NCBI RefSeq assembly: GCF_018350175.1
Contig: NC_058368.1
Coordinates: 3,410,001-3,474,000, forward strand
DNA: 64,000 nucleotides
Reading direction: 5' to 3'
DNA from: Felis catus
Taxonomy: Eukaryota
A model generated the notes under the pieces. The model was given only the letters and a program-made list of their open reading frames with translations, searched no databases and was not told the DNA's origin. A program made the translations under genes and the position numbers. How positions within the stretch are numbered: the first letter of the stretch is position 1; every line of letters begins with the position of its first letter. Shown in pieces: positions 49,812 through 63,400 of this stretch.

Positions 49812-49924
49812 CTAAATGGGTTAGAAAAAAGACTTAGGGTGGAAAGCCGCGACCACGGGACGAAGGGGCCTGAGGTTAGCTAGTGGGATATTGTCATGGG
49901 ATCTCGAGTAACCTGTGATATCAT
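49812..49924 (-). pseudogene. Pseudogene B GAIN exon (NPF motif)
   Basis: Acceptor gattcctgcag, donor TAG|gtaagt; ends RLSTLSLFSNPF; one internal stop. Confidence 0.6.
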
Positions 49925-50087
49925 CTGCAGGAATCACTTTCCATCTGATGCCAATATACTATTGTACCTTGATCACAAATTCCACTTGCCCCCAGACCCT
50001 TTGCTTCTTGTACCCAAGTTAATGATTACTACCTGATTATTTTCTTCACCTTCATCACATATATAAGATCTTGTTTTCCTCACATTC

Positions 50088-50612
50088 ACCATGTGGGTTC
50101 GAGCGCCACGTCGGGCTCTGTGCTGACAGCTCGGAGCCTGGAGCCTGCTTTGGATTCGGTGTCTCCCTCTCTCTCTGCCCCTCCCCTGCTCACTCTGTCT
50201 CTATCTCTCAAGAATAAATAAACATTAAAATTTTTTTTAATTAAAAAAATAAATAAATACACAAACAAATAAATAAAATATTGGATATGTACCGTGGGGT
50301 TGGTACAGATAACAGATGCTACAGTAGTTCACAAGAAGGAATAAACATCTAAAATACAGGGCTAAGAAAGTTTCCTAAAAACTGAAACTAGGTTCTCAAG
50401 AAAGAATGGAATTTTTTAAATGTTGATTTATTTATTGTGAGAGATAGAAAGAGCAGGAGCAGGAGAAGAGCAGAAAGAGAGGGACAGAGAGAATTTCAAG
50501 CCGATTTCATACTCAGTGCAGAGCCAGACAGAGGGCTCACTCTTACAACCATGAGATCATGACCTGAGTTGAAATTGAGTCAGACATTTAACCAACTGGA
50601 ACACCCAGGCGT
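50088..50612. mobile_element. Two Can-SINEs: 5'-truncated + copy 50088-50280 and - copy 50412-50612
   Basis: SINE bodies and tails. Confidence 0.85.
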
Positions 50613-50868
50613 CTAAAAGAAAATTAAATCGAAATGTGCTGAGAGGAGATGTTATTATGGGGGGAAATATGAATCTTTCCAAACCAGGTGAGCCTTAATA
50701 TTTGTGGTGTCCAAGACAAGAGTTTGAATGGAAGCCCACATACTAAGTGTCTAAATATCGAAAAGTTGTAAGTCAAAGCTACAAACTATTGAAGAACATA
50801 CCATTTGTTTTTCTACTCTGATAAATCACTTTGTAACTCGAAAGGCTGCACTTGAATTCAGCATTACT

Positions 50869-51073
50869 GGGAACGTGTGTGGCTCAGTCGGTTAAGCATC
50901 CCACTTTGGCTTGGGTCATGATCTCATGGGTTGTGGGTTCAAGCCTTGAATCAGGCTCTCTGCTATCTGCATGGAGCCCACTTCAGATTCTCTGCCCCCC
51001 CCCCTCTGCCTCTCCCCACGTCACACTCTGTCTCTCAAAAATAAACATTTTAAATAAATAGATGATAGATAGG

Positions 51074-51110
<37 letters not shown>
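50869..51110 (+). mobile_element. Can-SINE with (GATA)n tail
   Basis: TSD AATTC(A/G)GCATTAC. Confidence 0.88.
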
Positions 51111-51112
<2 letters not shown>

Positions 51113-51529
51113 ATTCGGCATTACCAGGCCCCTCAAATGCCTGAGCTAGAATGTAACAACAGTGATCAGCCTTCCTTACCATCATCTTGCATCACCCCAC
51201 CCTGCAAGAGATCTCATGCATGTATCTTTGGACATCCAGTCTAGATATCTAAGCTCAATCTATACTCTACCCCAACAAAGGTCACCTTTTGGTCACCTCT
51301 CAAGCCTGAAGGTTTATATGCCTGCTGCACAGTCTGCTCTTGATGAAATGGATGTAGGGAGAGGCCACACAGGTGCTAGATACTCTGGGATACCAGCTAT
51401 CCTTGGTCTAAAAGGAGTATGCAAACTCCAATAGGCATATTCTTTGGCCAAATGACCTCCTGACCAATGGAAAAGTGCTTGGCCAGAGGAAAGGCAGGGC
51501 AGGGAGCTCTCTAAAACTCGAGGCCTCTC

Positions 51530-54184
51530 CTGAGCAAACAATAGGTCAAAGATAACTTTAAAGGGAAAATAAATAATTTTCTTGAAATAAATGAAAACGA
51601 AAACACAGCATACCAGAACTTTATGAAATGCAGAAAAAGCAGTTCTAATGGAGAAATTCATAGCAACAAATGCCTACCATAAGAAGCCAGAAGGATCCCA
51701 AATAAACAACCTAAATTTATGCCTTAAGGGGCTAGAAAAAGAAAAACAAACTGAGTCCAAAGCATGCATAAAGAAGGAAATAATAATGACTAGAGCAGAA
51801 ATAAATGAATAGTGAACAGAAAATAAAACAATAGAAAATATTAACCCAACTGAGCTGGTTTTGAAAAGATGGATAAAATTGACAAATCCTTAGCTAGATT
51901 AACCAAGGAAAAAAGAGAGAGGATCCAAATCAAAAAACTATAAATGAAAAAGGAGACCTTATAACTGTTGCCACAGAAATACAAAAGATCTTGAGAATAC
52001 TATCAAAGTTATATTCCAACTAAACAATTTAGCAAGAATGGAAAAATTCTTAGAAACATACAGCCTACCAAAACTGAATCAGCCTACCAAAACTGAATCA
52101 GGAAGAAATAGAAAATTAAATACACTAATTACTCATAAGGAGATTGAATTAGTTATCAAAATCCCCCAACAAATAAAATCCCAGGGCCAGATGGTTTCAC
52201 TGGTGAATTTTACCAAACATTTAAAGAATTAACAGCAATCCTTCTCAAAATCTTCCAAAGAATCAAAGAGGTGGGAACACTCCCAAACTCATTTTACAAG
52301 GCCAGCATTACCCTGATACCAAAGCCAAGTAAGGACTATACTAGAAAAGAAAACTAGAAGCCAATATCCCTTATTAATATGGATGCGAAAATTCTCAAAC
52401 ACTAACAAACTGAACCCAGAAGCACATGAAAAGGATCATTCACTATGATTAACTGGGATTTACCCCGATGATGTAAGTATGGTTCAACAGACGTAAATTG
52501 ATCCATGTGATACATCACATAGTAGAATAGCAGAAAAGAACCATATGATCATCTCAATAGATGCATAAAAAGCAGCTTTCAACATCTCTTCATGATAAAA
52601 ACACTTTAAAAATTATGCATGGAAGGAAAGTATCTCCACACAATAAAGGGCATATATGACAAGCCCATAGTTCACATTATACTCAAAGGTTAAAAGAGTG
52701 AAAGCTTTTCCTCTAAGGTCAAGAGCAAGACAAGGGCGCCCACTTTCACTACTCCTCATCAACACGGAACAGCAAGTCCTTGTCAGAACAAAGACATCAG
52801 ACCATTTGACCATCAGAAAAGGAAAAACAAAACAAAACAAAACAAAAGGCATCAGAACTGGAAAGGAAAAGTAAAATTGTCTCCATGTGCAGATGACATA
52901 ATTTTATCTAGAGAGAACACTAAAGATCCAAAGGAAACTAAAATCAAAACAAAAACAAAAACTGTTAGGATTAATCAACAAATTCAGCAGTTGCGGGATA
53001 CACATACAAAAGTCGGTAGCGTTTCTATACAAGAAATAAAGAAATTGATCCAATTACAACAGCATAAAAAAAAAAAAGTACTTAGGACTAAATTTAGTTA
53101 GGGAGGTGAAAAGTTTCTCCTCAGAGAACCACAAGGCAATGATGAAAGAAATCAAAAAGACCCAAATAGGGGCATCTGGATGGCTCAGTGGTTAAGTGAC
53201 CAACTCTTGATTTTGGCTCAAGTCATGATCTCAGGGTTCTTGGGACTGAGTTTCACGTCAGGCTCTGCACTGACAGTTTGTAGTCTGTTTGAGATTATCT
53301 CTGCCTCTCTCTCTCTCTCTGTCCCTCCCCCACTCATGCTCTCTCTCTTTCTCTCTCACTCTCAAAATAAATGGATAAACTTTAAAAAAAAAAAGACACA
53401 GACAAAAAGGTATCCACATTCATTGTTAAAAAGTGCCAATAATATTAAAAGCCACCCATAGATTCAATGAAATCCTTATCAAGATTCAAATGGCATTTAG
53501 AAATAGAAAAAAAAAACTCCTAAAATTTATATGGAACCACAAAAGACCCCCAAATGGTTACAGAAATTGAGAAAAATAAGTAAGTCTTTAGGCATAGTTA
53601 AAACAGTCTGATACTGGCAGAAAAATAGACACACAGACCAGTGGAACCAAACCTAGAGCCCAGGAATAAACCCAGCCATATATTGTCAACTAATCTTTGG
53701 TAAGGCAGCCAAGAAATCTCAATGAAGAAAAGACAGTAGAAACAGTCCCTTAAAAAATGTCGCTGAGAAACCTGGATACTCACATATAAAAGAATGAACT
53801 GGACCCCTATCTCACACCCCTCGCAAAAATGAACATAAAATTGATTAAAGACTTAATGGAACGCCAGAAGCCTGAACCCCCCAGAATAAAACATAGGTAA
53901 AGGGCTCCTTGACATGGGTCTTGGTAATGATTTTTTGGGAATCATACCTAAAACACAAGCAACTGAATCAAAAATAAATAAATGGAACTACACCAAACTA
54001 AAAAGCTGTGGGGGGGGGGGGGCGCATTCGTGGCTCAGCGGGTTGGCTGAGCATCTCACTCTTGATTTCAGCTCAGGTCATGATTCCAGGGTCCTGGGAT
54101 TGAGCCGTACCTCGGGTTCTCTGGTGAGCGTGGAGCCTGCTTGAGATTCTCTCTCTCCCTGTCCTCCATTCAAGCTTTCTCTGT

Positions 54185-54229
<45 letters not shown>

Positions 54230-54490
54230 CAAATTTCAAAATGGGCAAAGGACCTGAATAGATATTTTTCCCAAGAAGATGTACAAATGTCCAACAGGAA
54301 CATGAAAAGTTGCTTAGCATCATTAGCCATTAGGGAAATAGAAATTAAAACCACACAGGGGTCTCACCTCACACCTGTTAGAATGGTCATGGTCAAGAAG
54401 ACATGGTATTAAGTACCAGTGAGGATGTGGAGAAATGGGAAACCTTGTGCATCCTTGTGGTGGGGTTGTCCATCGGTACCGCTTATCAAA
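51530..54490 (+). mobile_element. Degraded L1 ORF2 fragment with SINEs at 53169-53393 and 54010-54228
   Basis: ORF 52038 MEKFLETYSLPKLNQ plus further L1 RT and C-terminal remnants. Confidence 0.9.
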
Positions 54491-54499
54491 GTTTACAGG

Positions 54500-57400
54500 T
54501 AGAAAATGAATAGGTGAGGGAACGACATTAGCAAGACCATGGGATAGGAGGTCCCAGCCATTATCTTCCCACAAGAAACACAATAATGAGGCAGCTCCTG
54601 TAAACAAAAATGGTTTGGGGGGAGCTCAGGAACCCAGTGAGGATGCTGCAGCCACAGTGGCCACAGTGGCACACTAAACAAGAATAAATGCACAGAAAGG
54701 GTAGGAAGGCGGGCTTGATTTCACCTGCATCATCCCATTTCTCAGGCTGGCACAACTCAGTGGTGAGGAGGATATTCTCAGCCTTCCAAGTGCCCTTCAC
54801 AGGGAAAAGGACAGCAGTGTCAGCAACCACCTCCTCCAACCTTCTAGGACGCTGCCTGAAGAACTCATTTTGCTTTCCCCCCCACCCAGACCGCTGGGGT
54901 GAGATCAGCATACCTGAGACATCTACAGTCAGCTAGGAAGAAAGTTGCATGACTCACCCTCCCAGTATGAGCCATGCAGTGAAAGTCATGATTGTTCCCA
55001 GTGGCCTCCTTTGCAAAGGACTTCGGCAGCCTTTGCAGCTGAGAACCTCAACGGCCCTTGTAGGCGTAATGAACCTCCATGGCTTTCACCACTGAAGACC
55101 CCAAAGTATTCACCATCATGGACCCCATGATGGTGGCCCGCTTTGCAGAAGACCTCAGAGTTAAGGAATGGTCACCATAGCCACAATAGAACCCCGCAAA
55201 CTTTTACCCCCAGCAGAGCCATGCCAGCCAACACCACCACAGGCACCCTGGGCCCCAGGACCCAGTACAAACGTTGCACATGACCTGCAGCCAGTGCCAG
55301 CCCCTGCTGCATATACAACTACAGTCAGCTCCTGAAACCATGCACACCCATACCGCCAGCTCCAGGGAAACATCACCCCACCAGTAGAACACAGTAAACT
55401 TTCAGCAGCCTACCTCAAAGAAAGGATATTCACAAATTGCCTGACAAAGAATTCAAAATAATTGTTCAAAATAAGCGCTGTGAACTCCAAGAGAATACAG
55501 CTAACCGCTTTAATAAAATCAAGAAAAAAACAAAAGAAAAAAATGAGTTGAACAAAGATATAGAAAAATTTTGAAAAAGAAAACAGAAATTCTGCAGTTG
55601 AAGAATGCAGTGACTGCACTAAGAAATGCAATACAGAACCTTTAGCTGAAGACTCTCAAGCAGAAGAAAGAATCAGCAAATCCAAAAAGTCATTTGAAGT
55701 TATCTAGTTGGAGGAAGAAAAAAAGAATGCAAAAGAGTGAGAAAGCCTCCAATATTTGTATGACATGATAAAAATAATTAACATACTCAATATAGGAATC
55801 CCAGAATAGAAAAGAGGGGGAAATGGGGCAAAAAAATTGTTTAAAGAAATAATAACTGGGGGCGCTTGGGTGGCTCAGTCGGTTAAGTCCGACTTCAGCT
55901 CAGGTCTTGATTTCGTGGTTTGTGAGTTCAAGACCCACGTCGGGCTCTGTGCTGACAGCTCAGATCCTGAAGCCTGCTTCAGATTCTGCGTCTCCCCCTC
56001 TGTCTACCTCTCCCATGCTTACTCTCTGTCTCTCAGTAATAAATAAATGTTAGAAAAAAAAAGAAATAATAACTGAAAACTTCTCAAATCTGGGGAGTGA
56101 AAATAGATATCCAGACTCAAGAAGCTCATATTACCCCAAATAGGTTGAACATAAAGAGGTCTACACTAACACATATTATAATTAAACTGTCAAAAGTCAA
56201 AAACAAAGAGAATTTTGAAAGGTGACACATTACATGTAAGGGCATCCTCATAAAACTATGAGCATATGTCCCAACAGAAACCTTATAGGCCAAGAAAGAG
56301 TGGGTTGATTGCATAAAAGTAGAAAAAGAAAAAAAATTGCCAACCAAAAATACTACACCCTGCAAAGCTATTCTTTAAAGAATGAAGGGTAATAAGGTCT
56401 TTTCCAAGAAAACAAAAGTTTCCCAATGGAATTAAAAACACAAAACACAGCAACACGAAACATATGAGAATGTAAATCTCATTAATAAAGATAAATATAT
56501 AGTCAAATATAGATTGATAAAATACTGTAGTGGTAACGTGCACATTATTCATAGCCCTAACATAAAAGTTTAAAGAAAAAGTGTTGAAAATAACAATCAT
56601 CACAATAATTTGGTTATGCATTAACAACATAAAAAGAAGTAAACTCTTACTTAGGAACACAAAGTATGGAGGTAAATGTGTAGAGTGTTTATATGCAAAT
56701 GAACTTAAATTGTTACCAAATTAAAACATGGTTATAACTATAAGATGCATAGAAGCCTCATTGCAACCACAAAAGAAAAACCTATGGTAAATACACAGAG
56801 GACAAAGAGAAAGGAATTAACCAAAGCCATTACAAAAACTATCTGATAACAAGAGAAGAGAGCAAGAGAGAAAGAAGACTGCAAAAACAACTAACAAAAT
56901 GACAATAGTAAATCAATAATCACTTTATCACTTTAAATGTAAGTGGATTAAATGCTCCAATCACAGTTCATAGAGTGACTGAAAAATCAAAAAATAAACA
57001 AATAAATAAGATCCAGCAATATACTGTCAACAAGAGACTCATTTTAAACGTAGGGGCACACCTAGACTGCAGGTAGAGCAAAGGGAAAAACTATCCCCCA
57101 TGAAAATGGTTATTAATAGCAACAAGAATGGTTATACTTATATCAGACAAAATAAACTGTAATCAAAACTCTTACTAGAGACAAATAACGTAATTATGTA
57201 ATAATAAAGGGTCAATTTCACAGGAATATATAACAATTATAAATATGTATAAATTTAACATCAGAGCACCTAAATATATAAAAAAATATTGACAGACCTA
57301 AAGGGAAAAAAAGATGATACAATATTAGTAGACTTCAATACCCCACTTTCTTTTTTTTTTTAATATGAAATTTATTGTCAAATTGGTTTCCATACAACAC

Positions 57401-60400
57401 CCAGTGCTCATCCCAACAGGTGCCCTCCTCAATGCCCATCACCCATTTTCCCCTCCCTCCCACCCCCCATCAACCCTCAGTTTGTTCTCAGTTTTTAAGA
57501 GTCTCTTATGGTTTGGCTCCTTTCTAACTTTTTTTTCCTTCCCCTCACCCATGGTCTTCTGTTAAGTTTCTCAGGATCCACATAAAAGTGAAAATATATG
57601 GTATCTGTCTTTCTCTGTATGATTTATTTCACTTAGCATAACACTCTCCAGTTCCATCCACGTTGCTACAAAAGGCCATATTTCATTCTTTCTCATTGCC
57701 AAGTAGTATTCCATTGTGTATATAAACCACATCTTCTTTATCCATTCATCAGTTGATGGACATTTAAGCTCTTTCCATGATTTGGCTATTGTTGAAAGTG
57801 CTTCTATAAACATTGGGGTACAAGTGCCCCTATGCATCAGCACTCCTGTATCCCTTGGGTAAATTCCTAGCAGTGTTATTGCTGGGTCTTAGGGTAGATC
57901 TATTTTTAAGGAATATTTTTTTTTGAGGACCCTCCACACTGTTTTCCAGAGTGGCTGCACCAGTTTGCATTTCTACCAACAGTGCAAGAGGGTTCCCGTT
58001 TCTCCACATCCTCACCAGCATCTATAGTCTCCTGATTTGTTCATTTTAGCCACTCTGACCGGTGTGAGGTGATATCTCAGTGTGGTTTTCATTTGTATTT
58101 CTCTGATGAGGAATGATGCTGAGCATCTTTTCATGTGCCTGTTGGCCATCCGGATGTCTTCTTTAGTGAAGTGTCTATTCATGTTTTCTGCCCCTTTCTT
58201 CACTGGATTATTTGTTTTTCAGGTGCGGAGTTTGGTGAGTTCTTTATAGATTTTGGGTACTAGCCCTTTGTCTGATATGTCATTTGCAAATATCTTTTCC
58301 CATTCTGTTGGTTGCCTTTTAGTTTTGTTGATTGTTTCCTTTGCAGTGCAGAAGCTTTTTATCTTCGTGAGGTCCCAATAGTTCACTTTTGCTTTTATTT
58401 CCCTTGCCTTTGGAGATGTGTGCAGTAAGAAATTGCCGTGGCTGAGATCAGAGAGGTTTTTTCCTGCTTTCTCCTCTGGGGTTTTGATGGTTTCCTGTCT
58501 CACATCCAGGTCCTTTATCCATTTTGAGTCTGTTTTTGTGAATTGTGTAAGAAAGTGGTCTAGTTTCAATCTTCTGCATGTTGCTGTCCAGTTCTCTCAG
58601 CACGATTTGTTAAAGACACTGTCTTTTTTCCATTGTCTTTTTTCCATTTCCTGCTTTGTCAAAGATTAGTTGGCCATACTTTTGTGGGTCCAGTTCTGGA
58701 GTCTCTATTCTATTCCATTGGTCTATGTGTCTGTTTTTGTGCCAATACCATGCTGTCTTGATGATTACAGCTTTGTAGTAGAGCCTAAAGTCTGGGATTG
58801 TGATGCCTCCCACTTTGGTCTTCTTTTTCAATATTATTTGGCTATCAGGGGTCTTTTGTGGTTCCATACAAATTTTAGGATTGCTTGTTCTAGCTTTGAG
58901 AAGAATGCTGGTGAAATTTTGATTGGGATTGCATTGAATGTGTAGATGGCTTTGGGTAGTATTGACATTTTAATAATATTTTTCTTCCAATCCATGAGCA
59001 CAGAATGTTTTTCCATTTCCTTGTATCTTCTTCAATTTCCTTCATAAGCTTTCTATAGTTTTCAGCATACAGATCTTTTACATCTTTGGTTAGGTTTATT
59101 CCCAGGTATTTTATGATTCTTGATGCGGTTGTAAATGGGATCAGTTTATTTGTCTTTCTGTTGCTTCATTATTAGTGTATAAGAATGCAACTGATTTTTG
59201 TACATTGATTTTGTATCCTGCGACTTTGCTGAATTCGTGTATCAGTTCTAGCAGACTTTTGGTAGAGTTGATCGGGTTTCTATGTATAATATCATGTCAT
59301 CTGCAGAAAGTGAAAGCTTGACTTCATCTTTGCTAATTTCGATGCCTTTGACAAATTTCCTTTTGTTGTCTTATTGCTGATGTTAGAACTTCCAACACTA
59401 TGTTAAACAACAGCGGTGAGAGTGGACATCCCTGTCGTGTTCCTGATCTCAGGGCGAAAGCTCTCAGTTTTTCCCCATTGAGGATGATATTAGCTGTGGG
59501 CTTTTCATAAATGGCTTTTATGATGTGTAAGTATGTTCCTTCTATCCTGACTTTCTTGAGGATTTTTATTAAGAAAGAATGCTCAATTTTGTCAAATGCT
59601 TTTTCTGCATCGATTGACAGGATTATATGGTTCTTATCTTTTCTTTTATTAATGTGATGTATCACATTGATTGATTTGCAAATGTTGAATCAGCCCTGCA
59701 GCCCAGGAATGAATCCCACTTGATCGTGGTGAATATTCTTTTTATATGCTGTTGAATTCAATTTGCTAGTATCTTGCTGAGAATTTTTACATCCATATTC
59801 ATCAGGGATATTGGCCTATAGTTCTCTTTTTTTGCTAGGTCTCTGTCTGGTTTGGGAATCAAAGTAATGCTGGCTTCATAGGATGAGTCTGGAAGTTTTC
59901 CTTCCCTTTCTATTTTTTTGAACAGTTTGAGAAGGATAGATATTATCTCTGCTTTAAATGTCTGGTAAAATTCCCCAGGGAAGCCATCTGGTCCTGGACT
60001 CTTATTTGTTGGGAGATTTTTGATAACTGATTCAATTTCTTCGCTAGTTATGGGTCTGTTCAACTTTTCTATTTCTTCCTGTTTGAGTTTTGGAAGTACA
60101 TAGGTGCTTAGGAATTTGTCTATTTCTTCCAGGTTGCCCAGTTTGTTGGCATGTAATTTTTCGTAGTGTTCCCTGATAATTGCTTGTATTTCTGATTGGT
60201 TGTAATAATTCCATTTTCATTCATGATTTTATCTATTTGGGTCCTCTCCCTTTTCTTTTTGAGAAGCCTGCCTAGAGGTGTATCACTTTTGTTTATTTTT
60301 TCAAAAAAACAACTCTTGGTTTCATTGATCTGCTTTACAGGTTTTTTAGATTCTATATTGTTTATTTCTGCTTTGATCTTTATTAATTCTCTTCTTCTGC

Positions 60401-63400
60401 TGGGTTTAGGCTGCCTTTGCTGTTCTGCTTCTATTTCCTTTAGGTGTGCTGTTAGATTTTGTATTTGGGATTTTTCTTGTTTCTTGAGATAGGCCTGGAT
60501 TGCAATGTATTTTCCTCTCGGGACTGCCTTCGCTGCATCCCAAAGCATTTGGATTGTTGTATTTTCATTTTCACTTATCTCCATATATTTTTTAATTTCT
60601 TCTCTAATTGCCTGGTTGACCCATTCATTCTTTAGTAGGTTGTTCTTTAACCTCCATGCTTTTGGAGGTTTTCCAGACTTTTTCCTGTGGTTGATTTCCA
60701 GTCTCATAGCATTGTGGTCTGAAAGTGTGCATGGTATGATCTCAGTTCTTTTATACTTGTTAAAGGCTGTTTTGTGACCCAGTGTGTAATCTGTCTTAGA
60801 GAATGTTCCATGTGCACTCGAGAAGAAAATATATTCTGTTGCTTTGGGATGCAGAGTTCTAAATCTATCTGTCAAGTCCATCTGATCCAATGTATCATTC
60901 AGGGCCCTTGTTTCTTTATTGATCCTGTGTCTAGATGATCTATCCATTGTTGCATGTGGGGTATTAAAGTCCCCTGCAATTACCACATTCTAATCCATAA
61001 GGTTGCTTATGTTTGTGATTAATTGTTTTATGTATTTGGGGGCTCCCGTATTCGACGCATAGACATTTATAATTGTTAGCTCTTCCTGATGGATAGACCC
61101 TGTAATTATTATATAATGCCCTTCTTCATCTCTTGTTACAGCCTTTAAATGAAAGTCTAGTTTGTCTGATATAAGTGTGGCTACTCCAGCTTTCTTTTGA
61201 CTTCCAGTAGCATGACAAATTGTTCTCCATCCCCTCGCTTTCAATCTGAAGGTGTCCTCAGGTCTAAAATGAGTCTCTTGTAGACAGCAAATAGATGGGT
61301 CTTGTTTTTTTATCCATTCTGATACCCTATGTCTTTTGGTTGGAGCATTTAGTCCATTTACATTCACTGTTTTTATTGAAAGATATGTGTTTAGGGTCAT
61401 TGTGATGTCTGTAGGTTTCATGCTTGTAGTGATGTCTGTCACTTTGTGGTCCTTGCAACATTGCACTCACAGATTCCCCCTTAAGATCTCTTGTAGGGAT
61501 GGTTTAAAGGTGATGAATTCCTTCAGTTTTTGTTTGGGAAAATCTTTATCTCTCCTTCCATTCTGAATGACAGACTTCCTGGATAAAGGATGCATATTTT
61601 TTTCTGTTCATCACATTGAAGATTTCCTGCCATTCCTTTCTGGCCTGCCAGGTTTCAGTAGATAGGTCTGCTACTACTCTTATGTGTCTACCTTTGTAAG
61701 TTAAAACATGTTTATCTCTAGCTGCTTTCAGAATTTTCTCTTTGTTCTTGTATTTTGCCAGTTTCACTATGATATGTCATATGTCATGCAGAAGATCAAT
61801 TCAAGTTATTTCTGAAGGGAGTTCTCTGTGCCTCTTGGATTTCAATGCCTTTTTCCTTCCCCAGATCAGGGAAGTTCTCAGCTATGATTTGTTCAAGTAC
61901 ACTTTCAACCCCTTTCTCTTCTTCTTCTGGAATTCCTATGATACGGATATGGTCCCGTTTGATTACATCACTTAGTTCTCTAATTCTCCCCTCATACTCC
62001 TGGATTTTTTTTTATCTCTCTTTTTCTCAACTTTCTGCTTTCCTATAATTTTATCTTCTAATTCACCTATTCTCTCCTCTGCCTCTTCAATCCGAGCTGT
62101 AGTCACCTCCATTTTATTTTGCACTTCATTTATAGCATTTTTTAGCTCCTCATGACTATTTCTTAGTCCCTTGATCTCTGTAGCAATAGATTCTCTGCTG
62201 TCCTCTATACTTTTTTTAAGCCCAGCAATTAATTTTATGACTATTTTTCTAAATTCTTGTTCCGTTATATTACTTAAATTGGTTTTGATCAATTCGTTAG
62301 CTGTCACTGATTCCTGGAGTTTCTTTTGAGGGGAATTCTTCCGTTTCATCATTTTGGGTAGTCCCTGTCATAGCTCCAAACTACAGGGTACTTTTCCTGT
62401 GCTGTCCAGAGTAACTTGTGTTGGTGGGTGGGGCCACCATCAGACCCGATGTCTGTCCCCAGCCCACTGTTGGGGCCATAGTCAGACTGCTGTGTACCTT
62501 ATCTTCCCCTCTCCCAGGGGCAGGACTCACCGTGGGGTGGCATGGCCCCTGTCTGGGCTACTTGCACTCTTCCAGGTTTGTGGTGTTGCTTTGATGGGAT
62601 CTAGCCAAGGGCGTATTAGCTGGGGTGGATCTGCAAGGTGCACAGGGGCAAGAAGGGTAGGCTTAGCTCACTTTGCTGTCAGTGGTCCCCTGTGGGAGGG
62701 GCCCTGCAGCACCAATACCCCACTTTCAATAATGGATAGAACATACAGGGAAAAAATCAATAAGAAAACAGCTGATTTGAAGGACACTATAGACCAAATG
62801 GACCTAACACATACAGAATGTCCCAACAAACAGCAACAGAACACACAATTTCCTAAAGTGCATGCAGAACATTCTCCAGGATAAATCATATGTTAAGTCA
62901 CAAAAGAAGTCTTAAAAAATTTAAGAGGAATGCAATCATACCAAGTATCTCCTCAGACCACAGTGGACCGAAATTAAAAATTAAAAATAGAAGAAAAGAT
63001 GAAAATTCACAAACACATGGGAACTAAACAACACACCCTAGAAAAACAATTAGGTAAAAGATAAAATCAAACGGGAAATATTAAAAATACCTGAGACAAA
63101 CAAAAATTAAAACATAACTCACCAAAATGTATAGGATGCAACAAAAGCAGAACTATGAGGGAAGTGTATAGCATTAGCAATCTACATTAAAAAAAATAAT
63201 GTTATATCTAAACAAGATAATTAAAGAACTAGAAAAAGAACAAACAACTCTCAAAGGTAACAGAAGGAAGGAAATAATAAATATTAGAGCAGAAATAAGA
63301 GAGAGAACAGAAAAGTAGGAAAAATCAACAAAACCAAGAATTGGGTTTTTTTTTAGAAAACATAAACAAATGGACAAATCCTTAGCTAGACCAAGAAAAA

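Larger units (their letters stand above)
40490..49924 (-). pseudogene. Decayed multi-exon polycystin-1-family (PKD1L2/PKD1L3-like) pseudogene B
   Basis: Ordered remnants on the - strand: LSLFSNPF (49812-49924); IYFLSLQSTCG (49489-49572); FTLGC..QKW..VWNHI..GTLFI (48650-49011, GPS); FHLGKPG..MVG.GLFEG..PSLGEI (PLAT); ICDFT..WH; DHV*; PFFF-KWGKL; GLELS..EKSEITWLLS; RNLLVH..LAYS..CAHTNINFYG; KQIK; IKRYMYKNPEDA-VRTVISE..LFLEVSI..GPILPS; MDQFI..IEALW. Stops and frameshifts throughout. Confidence 0.75.

Noticed and set aside
2300..49924. Assigning PKD1L1, PKD1L2 or PKD1L3 gene symbols
   Set aside because: Similarity is motif-level only and orthology cannot be established without a search or synteny.
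52061..52101. 19-bp tandem duplication (also a 16-bp one at 8738-8770)
   Set aside because: Ordinary slippage duplications inside dead L1s.
60120..61466. Longest ORFs (288 aa and 158 aa) as a functional retrotransposon or host gene
   Set aside because: Fragments of L1 ORF2 separated by stops and frameshifts.
62354..62884. 176-aa ORF as a novel gene
   Set aside because: Chimera of antisense L1 5'UTR and host L1 endonuclease across the insertion junction.
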